Shown: positions 1-7,182 of the stretch, piece after piece
How positions within the stretch are numbered: position 1 is the stretch's first letter
How the letters are laid out: each line of letters opens with the position of its first letter
DNA from: an uncultured bacterium
Lineage (GTDB): Bacteria; JAJVIF01; JAPKYR01
Length of the DNA stretch: 10,076 bases
Assembly: GCA_965369865.1 (NCBI GenBank)
Contig: CBDURU010000124.1
Span: 1 to 10,076 of the forward strand
Direction of reading: 5' to 3'
Translations under genes and position numbers: made by a program
The notes under the pieces: generated by a model
What the model saw: the letters and a program-made list of their open reading frames with translations, nothing else
What the model was told of the DNA's origin: nothing
Database searches by the model: none

Positions 1-41
1 CAGCTATCGGACAGCCCGTATAGACAACTTCCAGTTGTTTA
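1..41 (+). repeat. REP-like hairpin (18-41) plus truncated tail of a preceding REP unit (1-11)
   Basis: 18-41 reads GTA-tagacaact-TCC-agttgttta (9-bp stem with one G-T pair). It has the same CTTCCAG core and the same 12-nt distance from the leading G to the TCC loop as the minus-strand units at 132-184 and 810-862. Bases 1-11 CAGCTATCGGA match CAGCAATCGGA of the reverse-complemented doublets at 10/11. Confidence 0.75.
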
Positions 42-79
42 ACAAAAAAAACTCCCAAAATCATGTCAGGTTTTTAGCT

Positions 80-115
80 TCTCATACGTTAAGGTTGCGG
101 AGGCTTCGTATGAGA
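80..115 (+). promoter_or_regulatory. Stem-loop covering the probable RAYT start codon and RBS
   Basis: tctcatacg (80-88) is the exact reverse complement of cgtatgaga (107-115), which contains ATG 110-112. GGAGG (99-103) lies in the enclosed segment. Confidence 0.5.
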
Positions 116-811
116 GATAATAAAAATAATCGACCGCTGGAAGCGGACAGCACATTAATCCGATTGCTGGAAGCAAACGGCACGAAATTTTTAAAGAACA
201 TTAATCAAGGGGAGATTAGGAAAAGGTTTGGGCATAACCTGCCACATTGGACTTTTGACGGGGCTGTCTACCATGTCAGGTTCAGGCTTTTTGATTCTAT
301 CCCGGCAAAGATCCGTCAGGAGCTGATCGAAGAGAAAACAAAACTTCTTACTCAAATCAGATCACCGGTAAATGGGTTTACCGCACTTGAAAAACGGAGG
401 CTCATGTTCCTCTACACTGAAAAAGTGGAAAGGGTACTCGATCAGGGTTATGGGCAGTGCTGGTTGAGGAAGAAACCGGTTGGTGATCTTATAACGAATG
501 CTTTAAAGTATTTCGAGCGAGAACGGTATATTCTCTACGCCTGGTGCATTATGCCCAACCATGTTCATGCCGTGGTTCAGCCTCTATCAGGATTCAAGCT
601 GCCGGGAATTATACATTCCTGGAAATCTTATACTGCAAACCAAGCGAATAAAATCCTTTCAAGGAAAGGGAAATTCTGGCAAAGGGAATATTTCGATCAT
701 ATTATCAGGGATGCTTCCGGGTTTGTTGGTAGTGTTGATTATGTCTATACTAATCCGGAAAAAGCAGGATTAGATGGGTGGGAGTGGCGATATAAATTTG
801 ATTTTAAATGA
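110..811 (+). CDS. REP-associated tyrosine transposase (RAYT; HUH Y1 / IS200-IS605 TnpA superfamily)
   Basis: Motifs LPHW...YHVRFRL.DS, LDQGYGQCWL, HUH motif CIMPNHVH, SWKSYTA, FWQREYFDHIIR and catalytic-Tyr motif YVYTNPEKAG, with flanking REP-like hairpins. Start placed at ATG 110 because GGAGG lies 6 nt upstream; the ORF track begins at TTG 35. Confidence 0.9.
   Translation: MRDNKNNRPLEADSTLIRLLEANGTKFLKNINQGEIRKRFGHNLPHWTFDGAVYHVRFRLFDSIPAKIRQELIEEKTKLLTQIRSPVNGFTALEKRRLMFLYTEKVERVLDQGYGQCWLRKKPVGDLITNALKYFERERYILYAWCIMPNHVHAVVQPLSGFKLPGIIHSWKSYTANQANKILSRKGKFWQREYFDHIIRDASGFVGSVDYVYTNPEKAGLDGWEWRYKFDFK
132..184 (-). repeat. REP doublet, copy 1 (53 bp)
   Basis: Two hairpin units, ga-ccgct-gga-agcgg-ac-agcac and ga-ttgct-gga-agcaa-ac-ggcac. 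51/53 identical to 810-862. Confidence 0.9.
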
Positions 812-862
812 CCGCTGGAAGCGGACGCCACATTAATCCGATTGCTGGAAGCAAACGGCACG
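810..862 (-). repeat. REP doublet, copy 2 (53 bp)
   Basis: Direct repeat of 132-184 with 2 mismatches (ag vs gc). Overlaps the RAYT TGA stop at 809-811. Confidence 0.9.
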
Positions 863-906
863 GGTTATACGATCTCACTTAATAAAGATCCTGCTTAATA
901 AGGAAA

Positions 907-2064
907 TCAATCCACCCATTCAGCCAGGAAAATATTCGTGTCTCCCGGGTTTGCCTGGTTACGGTTCGAGCCGAAGGCAAGCATAGTTCCGTCCGGACTG
1001 AACATCGGGAATGCGTCAAATCCATCGTAAGTTGTCACCTCTTCGAGATTTGTCCCATCGACATCGACAATCCAGAGATTGAAATCCATTGGCATCATGG
1101 AATAAGCGTTGGTTGCGAAAATGATCCTCTCATCACCGGGCTGGAAGAACGGGCAGAAATTCGCGCCGTTGTTGTCGGTCACCTGGAATTTGTTAGAACC
1201 GTCGGCATCCATAACCCACACCTGGAGGGCCATCGGTGCAATTGCGTTGACAGATATCATTTCATTATAGAGAGCTATTTCCGGTTCGGATTCAGGATAA
1301 TATGCGCGCCATACGATTTTTGTGCTGTCCCAACTGTAGAAGGCGCCGCCGTCGTAGCCGAGACGGTCGGTCAATTGGATCTTGTCGCCTCCGTCCGGAA
1401 GCATTGACCAGAGCTCAAGGTCTCCACTTGCTAACGATGTGTAAATAATCCGGCTCCCGTCGTGAGCGTACGTGGCCTCGGCGTCATAGCTCGAGTCGTT
1501 TGTCAATTGTTCGATATTGCTGCCGTCGAGGTCGGCCCGAAGGACTTCAAATTCCGGCACTAAGCCCCAGACATAGCCTGCACCAAGCTTCTCCGGACAA
1601 TCTTCATTGGTCAGGTGAGTGGAGCAGTAAATAATTTTATCGTCATTCGGATACTGGAAATAACTGCACGTGGTTACTCCCGTTCCTGCCGAAACCAGCT
1701 CGAATTCACCTGATTCAATATCCATTATGTAAATCTGGTCGCAGCCGTCCTCCTCGATATGCCTTTGAAAAATGAGCCTGGTTCCGTCGGCCGACCAGTA
1801 TGCCTCGGCGTTTTCACCCTCGAACGTCATTTGGCGCATGTTCGCAAAATGTGTTTCACCCTCATAAATAAGGGGATTATCCACTTCTGCAACTTCACCG
1901 GCTTCAGTCACTTCTTCAACTGCATCGTCATTTTTTGATTCATCTGAATTGCAATTGAATTTTGAAATTTCTTTTGCATCGGCACTGCTCCATGGGGCTG
2001 AATAGAACGCATATGCCGCTACGATAACCATAAAAAAAGCAATGAGTATTGTAGTACGATTCAT
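907..2064 (-). CDS. Secreted or membrane-anchored TolB-like beta-propeller (PD40 repeat) protein
   Basis: N-terminal hydrophobic signal/anchor, acidic linker, and repeated blades ENAEAYWSADGTRLIF, YDAEATYAHDGSRIIY, YDGGAFYSWDSTKIVW, NFCPFFQPGDERIIF, FDAFPMFSPDGTMLAFGSNR. Confidence 0.88.
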   Translation of the reverse strand: MNRTTILIAFFMVIVAAYAFYSAPWSSADAKEISKFNCNSDESKNDDAVEEVTEAGEVAEVDNPLIYEGETHFANMRQMTFEGENAEAYWSADGTRLIFQRHIEEDGCDQIYIMDIESGEFELVSAGTGVTTCSYFQYPNDDKIIYCSTHLTNEDCPEKLGAGYVWGLVPEFEVLRADLDGSNIEQLTNDSSYDAEATYAHDGSRIIYTSLASGDLELWSMLPDGGDKIQLTDRLGYDGGAFYSWDSTKIVWRAYYPESEPEIALYNEMISVNAIAPMALQVWVMDADGSNKFQVTDNNGANFCPFFQPGDERIIFATNAYSMMPMDFNLWIVDVDGTNLEEVTTYDGFDAFPMFSPDGTMLAFGSNRNQANPGDTNIFLAEWVD

Positions 2065-2112
2065 TTGTCTGGCAATTCCTTTTGAATAATTACAGAAGTC
2101 ATAGTATTATCG

Positions 2113-2131
2113 TTCGTGAACAAAGCACGAA
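2113..2131. promoter_or_regulatory. Inverted repeat (possible operator) in the divergent intergenic region
   Basis: ttcgtg-N7-cacgaa between the divergent starts at 2064 and 2174, flanked by tattat (2105-2110) and ataata (2142-2147). Confidence 0.3.
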
Positions 2132-2173
2132 GCGGGAAGGAATAATAACAAACCTTTGGGTAAATTTCATTAA

Positions 2174-4054
2174 ATGGTGAAAACACCGATGAGAAATACT
2201 TTATTATTAAAAATAGCCTTTACTGCACTCCTGGCACTGCTTGTAACAGTGCCTGTCACGGTGTCAGCTGGGGAGAATCCACCTGACCTCGAACGAATTA
2301 CCGATGACCTGTACTTCCTGGCCTCAGATAATCTTGGCGGAAGACTCCCAGGGACGCTCGGATTTGAAATCGCCGCTGAATATATCAAGAATGAATTCAT
2401 TTACACAGGGCTGAATCCTGGTACTCCAGACGGGTCCTACTTCCAGGATTTTGATATTACAAGTGGTGTAAGCCTTGCGGGAGGAAATTTCCTTGATGTT
2501 ACGACGCCCGATGGCACATTTTCATATTCCGCCGGCGATGATTTCCTTCCACTGTTCTTCTCACAGAATGCTTCTATTGAGGGAGAGGTTATCTTTGCCG
2601 GGTATGGGATCACGTCCGAGGAATACAACTGGGACGATTATGCCGATCTCGATGTAAACGGGAAAATCGTCCTTTGTTTTCGCGATGAACCCGGACGGGA
2701 CAACCCCGACAGCCAGTGGGCGGGGATCCAACCGACCATGTATTCGGGATTGAGATGGAAAACCTATAACGCACAAAATCACGGCGCTATCGGGCTGATC
2801 CTGGTGACAGGCCCCGCTTACCTTGAAGAGGGAGTCGACGATGTATTTATCGGTCTCGACCATACAGGCGGTTTCGGCGAATCCGGCATTCCGGTTATCC
2901 AGGTAAGCCAGGAAGTCGCTGGCGTTATTACAAGCACACTTGGAGCGCCGCTATCCATGTTTCATGGCGAAATTGAACGGCATGGAATGGCATTTGGCGC
3001 CCCACTCGAAAATATAAACATTTCTCTTGCTGTTGATCTCGAACGCGAATATACAGAAACCAGGAATGTTGTGGGGATTCTCCCCGGTTCCGATCCTGTC
3101 CTCAAAGATGAATGGGTGATTGTCGGTGCGCATTTCGACCATATCGGCCTTGGTTTTGAAGGGAGATACTACGGGGAAATCCACAACGGGGCGGATGACA
3201 ACGCATCGGGTACTACAGGATTGCTCGAACTTGCGCGGCTGTTTGCGTCATCACCTGAACCACCCGGAAGGAGCATTTTATTCATCGCCTTTTCAGCGGA
3301 AGAACTTGGATTACTCGGATCGAGTGCGTATCTCGATGATCCGATTGTGCCAATTGAAAATACGAGCGCGATGATCAATATGGATATGATTGGACGTGTC
3401 GGCCCGGACGAGGAAGGTGTCATGCACTGCGCGATACACGGGACTGGCAGCGCTCCTGAATGGGAGGAGATAATCTCGGACATTACACCCGATGGCGAGG
3501 TGGAATTCAGAGCGTTATCCGATCCGATCGGCGGTGGAGATTATTTGACTTTCTATCTCGCTGAAATTCCGGTAATCAATTTCTTCTCCGGGATTCATGA
3601 TGATTACAATCGCCCATCCGATGATGCGGACAGAATCAACTACGAGGGACTCAGATCGGTGATCGGGGGCGTTTATGACGTTGTCGAGCAGGTAGCAAAT
3701 CGGGACGCTAAACTTACTTTCCAGGAATGGGATGTTCAATCCGGATCCATCAGTACGGATGTCAGTTCTACGGGTACATATGGTGTCTACCTTGGCACGA
3801 TTCCCGATTTTGAATCGACCGTCGATGGCTTCTTTATTGTTGGTGTCACACCGGGAAGTCCCGCGGAAGCCGGCGGATTGATGGGCGGCGACCGGATAAT
3901 CCGGCTTGGCGATTTTGATGTTACCGATATCTACAGCTACTCCTACGCCCTCGGTGAATACGAACCCGGAGATACTATCGGCATTGTTGTCCTGAGAGAC
4001 GGGATAGAGATAACACTCAATGTCACTTTCGGCAGCAGGGAGGAGCGCGAATAG
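2174..4054 (+). CDS. M28-family metallopeptidase homolog with PA insert and C-terminal PDZ domain
   Basis: Signal peptide, LASDNLGGR.PGT, PA domain (IFAGYGI...DDYADLDVNGKIVL), GAHFDH, NGADDNASG, FSAEELGLLGS, NMDMIGR, PDZ (YLGTIPD...GSPAEAGGLMGGDRI). Alternative start ATG 2189. Confidence 0.9.
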   Translation: MVKTPMRNTLLLKIAFTALLALLVTVPVTVSAGENPPDLERITDDLYFLASDNLGGRLPGTLGFEIAAEYIKNEFIYTGLNPGTPDGSYFQDFDITSGVSLAGGNFLDVTTPDGTFSYSAGDDFLPLFFSQNASIEGEVIFAGYGITSEEYNWDDYADLDVNGKIVLCFRDEPGRDNPDSQWAGIQPTMYSGLRWKTYNAQNHGAIGLILVTGPAYLEEGVDDVFIGLDHTGGFGESGIPVIQVSQEVAGVITSTLGAPLSMFHGEIERHGMAFGAPLENINISLAVDLEREYTETRNVVGILPGSDPVLKDEWVIVGAHFDHIGLGFEGRYYGEIHNGADDNASGTTGLLELARLFASSPEPPGRSILFIAFSAEELGLLGSSAYLDDPIVPIENTSAMINMDMIGRVGPDEEGVMHCAIHGTGSAPEWEEIISDITPDGEVEFRALSDPIGGGDYLTFYLAEIPVINFFSGIHDDYNRPSDDADRINYEGLRSVIGGVYDVVEQVANRDAKLTFQEWDVQSGSISTDVSSTGTYGVYLGTIPDFESTVDGFFIVGVTPGSPAEAGGLMGGDRIIRLGDFDVTDIYSYSYALGEYEPGDTIGIVVLRDGIEITLNVTFGSREERE

Positions 4055-4065
4055 ATCGGTAAATT

Positions 4066-4458
4066 ATGAGGTCGATGTCCGATTACTGCTTCAGACGGAA
4101 ACTCAAAATTCCACTTAATGAGGTCGTGGACAAGCTCTCGGATGCCCTGTTCAGTGAGGGATTCGATGTTTTACAGGAAACCGTTGGAGACTCATCGAAG
4201 AAAGTAAAAATCTCTGCATACTTCAAGGATTTTAAAAGGGGAAAGAGCAAACGGTATTCAAAATGGCCTGCTGATAAGGAAGAACAGATCGCCAAATCTA
4301 CACCATGTACAATAATTGTGGAAGTTATGCCCAGCGGAGCTGTCGAGGTTGCTGCGTTCGATCCGATCAAGGTCATGAACGCGAGTAAAAACCAGAAACT
4401 TTACAGGTATGCCGGGGAACTCAGAGAGAAGCTGATGGCAATAATCCACAGGCTGTAA
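4066..4458 (+). CDS. DUF302-like protein (divergent central segment)
   Basis: Size about 130 aa. N-terminal pattern F.RKL..PL.EV...L..AL..EGF.VL and C-terminal PC.IIV....G.VEVAA.DP...M.....L...A.E...KL..II..L resemble DUF302 proteins. Confidence 0.7.
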   Translation: MRSMSDYCFRRKLKIPLNEVVDKLSDALFSEGFDVLQETVGDSSKKVKISAYFKDFKRGKSKRYSKWPADKEEQIAKSTPCTIIVEVMPSGAVEVAAFDPIKVMNASKNQKLYRYAGELREKLMAIIHRL

Positions 4459-4460
4459 CA

Positions 4461-4494
4461 GTAGCACGACCGTCAGGGAGTCGCTCCCAGCGGC
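4461..4494 (+). repeat. Solitary GTAG-led REP-like palindromic element between convergent genes
   Basis: GTAG-ca-cgac-N9-gtcg overlaps gggag-tcg-ctccc and gtcgct-ccc-agcggc. cgctcccagcgg (4482-4493) is 11/12 identical to cgcttccagcgg in the RAYT-flanking REPs. Confidence 0.45.
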
Positions 4495-4511
4495 AGAAGA
4501 TTTTCCGGTAT

Positions 4512-5531
4512 TTAACCTTCCCCATACTGGGCTTTCATCCATTCCTTGTATTCAGCCTGTTTTTCTTTCAAATTACGCCACCATGTCTCGTTGTTCCTGT
4601 ACCACTCGATGGTCCTTTCAATATTTTCGACGAATCCGTATTCCGGCTTCCATCCCAGGACCTTATTAATTTTAGATGGGTCGACCGCGTGCCGTATCAC
4701 ATGCCCGGGACGGTCTTCAACGTGATTAATGAGCGATTCCGGTTTGCCGAGGGCTTTCAGGATGATTCCTGTGATATCCAGCACCGAAAGCTCATGCTCT
4801 GAAGAAACATTGAAAACTTCACCGTTGACCTTATCGCCATCGCTCCTCAGCAGGACATCGATAGCGGAACAGTGGTCGAGGACATAGATCCAGTCACGGG
4901 TATTTTTTCCATGTCCGTACACCGGAAGCGGTTTATCTTCCATCGCGTTTGTTACAAACAGGGGAATAAGTTTTTCCGGATATTGGAACGGCCCGTAATT
5001 ATTCGAGCACCTCGAAATTGTCACAGGCAGCTCATAAGTGGTCCAGTAACTCCATGCGAGGCGATCCGCGCCCGTTTTGCTGGCTGCATACGGGCTTTTC
5101 GGCTTGAGATCGTCACCCTCGACCGATGCGTGGTCCTCAGCCTCGCCGTATACCTCATCTGTGGAAATATGAACGAATCGCTCGATCCCTGCCAGCCTGG
5201 CGGAATCCAGGAGGATATATGTTCCCCAGATATCCGTTTCAAGGAAAGTCCCGGCCTCACGGATCGACCTGTCAACGTGTGTTTCGGCGGCGAAATGGAC
5301 TAACGCATCGACATTCCTCATGAGTTCTTTGACAAGTTTTTCATCTGTTATATTTCCATGGAAAAATTGGAAATTCGGGTTATTCCAGATTTCCTTGTCG
5401 AAATTTTCTAGGTTCCCGGCATAGGTGAGCGCGTCGAGAACGATTATCCTGTCGTCAGGATGTTTTTTTAGTGTGTAGCTTACGAAGTTCGATCCGATAA
5501 AACCGGCGCCGCCGGTAACTAGTATTCTCAT
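4512..5531 (-). CDS. rfbB: dTDP-glucose 4,6-dehydratase (RmlB/RfbB)
   Basis: ILVTGGAGFIGSNF, LDALTYAGN, HFAAETHVDRSI, HISTDEVYG, SPYAASK, CSNNYGP.QYPEKLIP, RDWIYV.DHC, DRPGH. AGGAG RBS 7 nt upstream on the minus strand (5539-5543). Confidence 0.95.
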   Translation of the reverse strand: MRILVTGGAGFIGSNFVSYTLKKHPDDRIIVLDALTYAGNLENFDKEIWNNPNFQFFHGNITDEKLVKELMRNVDALVHFAAETHVDRSIREAGTFLETDIWGTYILLDSARLAGIERFVHISTDEVYGEAEDHASVEGDDLKPKSPYAASKTGADRLAWSYWTTYELPVTISRCSNNYGPFQYPEKLIPLFVTNAMEDKPLPVYGHGKNTRDWIYVLDHCSAIDVLLRSDGDKVNGEVFNVSSEHELSVLDITGIILKALGKPESLINHVEDRPGHVIRHAVDPSKINKVLGWKPEYGFVENIERTIEWYRNNETWWRNLKEKQAEYKEWMKAQYGEG

Positions 5532-5804
5532 ATGATGGCTCCTGAAGAATGTCTCGAAGGATTATTCTAAGCACCTGGGTTCCAAAGGGCAAGTGGATAC
5601 CCGGTCCAAATCAATGCGAATATATATAAAAAGCTGTCGAATAAGTACAATAGACCATCGGTCGGCTTTATGATATATTATATTTGTAATCGGGGTAGAG
5701 GGTAGGCATGGGTATGAGGTATAATAATTAAGAACATTTCTACAGGCTCGTATCACAATAAACGGTGATTTATGCCGTTAATAAAGAAGGAGCCTTTAAA
5801 CAAG

Positions 5805-7043
5805 ATGCCAAAATTCAATTTCAATGTGCGCGACCGGTTCGGTAAAAATATTACCGGAACCGTCACTATGGACAGCCGCGATCAGTTGATCGAGCGGCTA
5901 CGAGATCAGGGCTACTTCGTTAACAAAATTACAGAGATCGGGGAAAACACCTTATATGAGCGCCTTGATAGGGCTATCCAGCGCCTGAGTCCGATCAAAC
6001 TGAAGGACATGTCGATCTTTTCGCGGTTAATGTCCACTATGATCAACGCCGGTCTGCCAATCCTGCGGTCACTGAGGATTATCGTTAAACAGACAGAAAA
6101 TACACACCTCGCTGAAATCCTCCAGAATGTGGCGAAAATGGTCGAGGAGGGGTACTCGTTATCTCATGCAATGGGTCAGCACCCAAAAGTTTTCGATACC
6201 CTGATGGTCAACCTGATTAAATCGGGTGAGGAATCGGGTTCACTTGATATCGTTCTCGACAGGATCGCCATGGATATGGAGCGGGAAATTGAGATCAGGC
6301 AGAACGTACAGGCGGGTATTCGTTACCCGATCATTATCCTGTCCGCTGCCGCTCTGATCGTCGGCTTGATTATGATTTTCGTCGTCCCAAAGTTCGTTGA
6401 AATTTTCCGCGATATGGACGCTACGCTGCCCACAATGACCCTTATCCTGATTCAAATATCCAATGTCGTTGTTCACGGTGCTCCGTTTCTGGTCGCTGCT
6501 ATTTTTCTCCTTATTATTGGATCGAAATATGCAAGCAATTTCCCATTCTTCAACAGAATTAAGGACGCTATCCAGTTAAAGCTTCCCGTTTTTGGATTCC
6601 TGCTCAGACGTATCGCGTTGTCCAGGTTCTCCAGAACTTTCGCTATTCTTCTTAAATCGGGAGTCCCGATTATTAAAAGCCTGACCGTTGTCGAAGAGAC
6701 CGTGGGTAATGCGGTAATCGCCGCCGCTGTTGCGAAAGCGAAAATTTCAATCAAGGAAGGCGAGCGTATCAGCTACCCGTTGGAAGAAACCGGTGAGTTC
6801 CCTCCCATGGTTATCGACATGATAGCTGTAGGTGAGGAAACAGGATCCCTTGATGACATGCTCCAGAAAATCAGTGACTTCTATGACAGGGAGGTCGATT
6901 ACACGATCGATGCGTTCACGACAATGATCGAGCCGGTACTGATTACTATTATGGGTGTTGTCATCGGTTTCATCGTTATTTCGCTTTACCTCCCACTGTT
7001 CAGTGCGATTGAGAATATGACTAACGTATCGACAGGCGGTTAA
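5805..7043 (+). CDS. pilC: Type II secretion system F family / type IV pilus inner-membrane platform protein
   Basis: MPKF....RD..G start typical of PilC, two T2SSF domains (FSR.MSTMINAGLPIL...GEESGSL; FSRTFAILL.SGVPI...MIAVGEETGSLD.ML), C-terminal IEP...G..IGFIVISLYLPLF. AAGGAG at 5787-5792 favours ATG 5805 over 5772. Confidence 0.92.
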   Translation: MPKFNFNVRDRFGKNITGTVTMDSRDQLIERLRDQGYFVNKITEIGENTLYERLDRAIQRLSPIKLKDMSIFSRLMSTMINAGLPILRSLRIIVKQTENTHLAEILQNVAKMVEEGYSLSHAMGQHPKVFDTLMVNLIKSGEESGSLDIVLDRIAMDMEREIEIRQNVQAGIRYPIIILSAAALIVGLIMIFVVPKFVEIFRDMDATLPTMTLILIQISNVVVHGAPFLVAAIFLLIIGSKYASNFPFFNRIKDAIQLKLPVFGFLLRRIALSRFSRTFAILLKSGVPIIKSLTVVEETVGNAVIAAAVAKAKISIKEGERISYPLEETGEFPPMVIDMIAVGEETGSLDDMLQKISDFYDREVDYTIDAFTTMIEPVLITIMGVVIGFIVISLYLPLFSAIENMTNVSTGG

Positions 7044-7080
7044 TCGTAGAAAATTTATATTAATTTTTGATCTCGAATAT

Positions 7081-7105
7081 ACCGGCTCAAACGAGCCGGT
7101 TTTTT
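7081..7105 (+). terminator. Rho-independent terminator after pilC
   Basis: accggctc-aaac-gagccggt followed by a T run. Confidence 0.85.
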
Positions 7106-7182
7106 AATTCATAGGAAGTGACCAAATACATTTTGTGAAAGTCTGTGGTAATATCCATTTTAAAACTTGACTACAAAACGTT

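Noticed and set aside
35..109. N-terminal extension of the RAYT from TTG 35
   Set aside because: TTG 35 lies inside a REP hairpin with no RBS, whereas ATG 110 has GGAGG at good spacing.
110..811. Canonical IS200/IS605 insertion sequence
   Set aside because: The protein is longer than typical IS200 TnpA, has RAYT-type motifs (LPHW, MPNHVH, WQ..YFDH.IR), has no tnpB, and is surrounded by multiple REP units rather than single left and right end hairpins.
1138..1150. CTGGAAG core (also CTTCCAG near 2440) as additional REP copies
   Set aside because: Both lie in coding sequence and lack the flanking stem.
907..2064. True tolB of the Tol-Pal system
   Set aside because: No TolB N-terminal alpha/beta domain is recognisable and there are no tolQRA/pal neighbours.
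5562..5756. 64-aa ORF in the rfbB-pilC spacer
   Set aside because: AT-rich divergent promoter region, no recognisable motif or clear RBS.
2170..6754. Other short alternative-frame and antisense ORFs within the M28, DUF302, rfbB and pilC genes
   Set aside because: They overlap well-supported genes and have no independent motif evidence.
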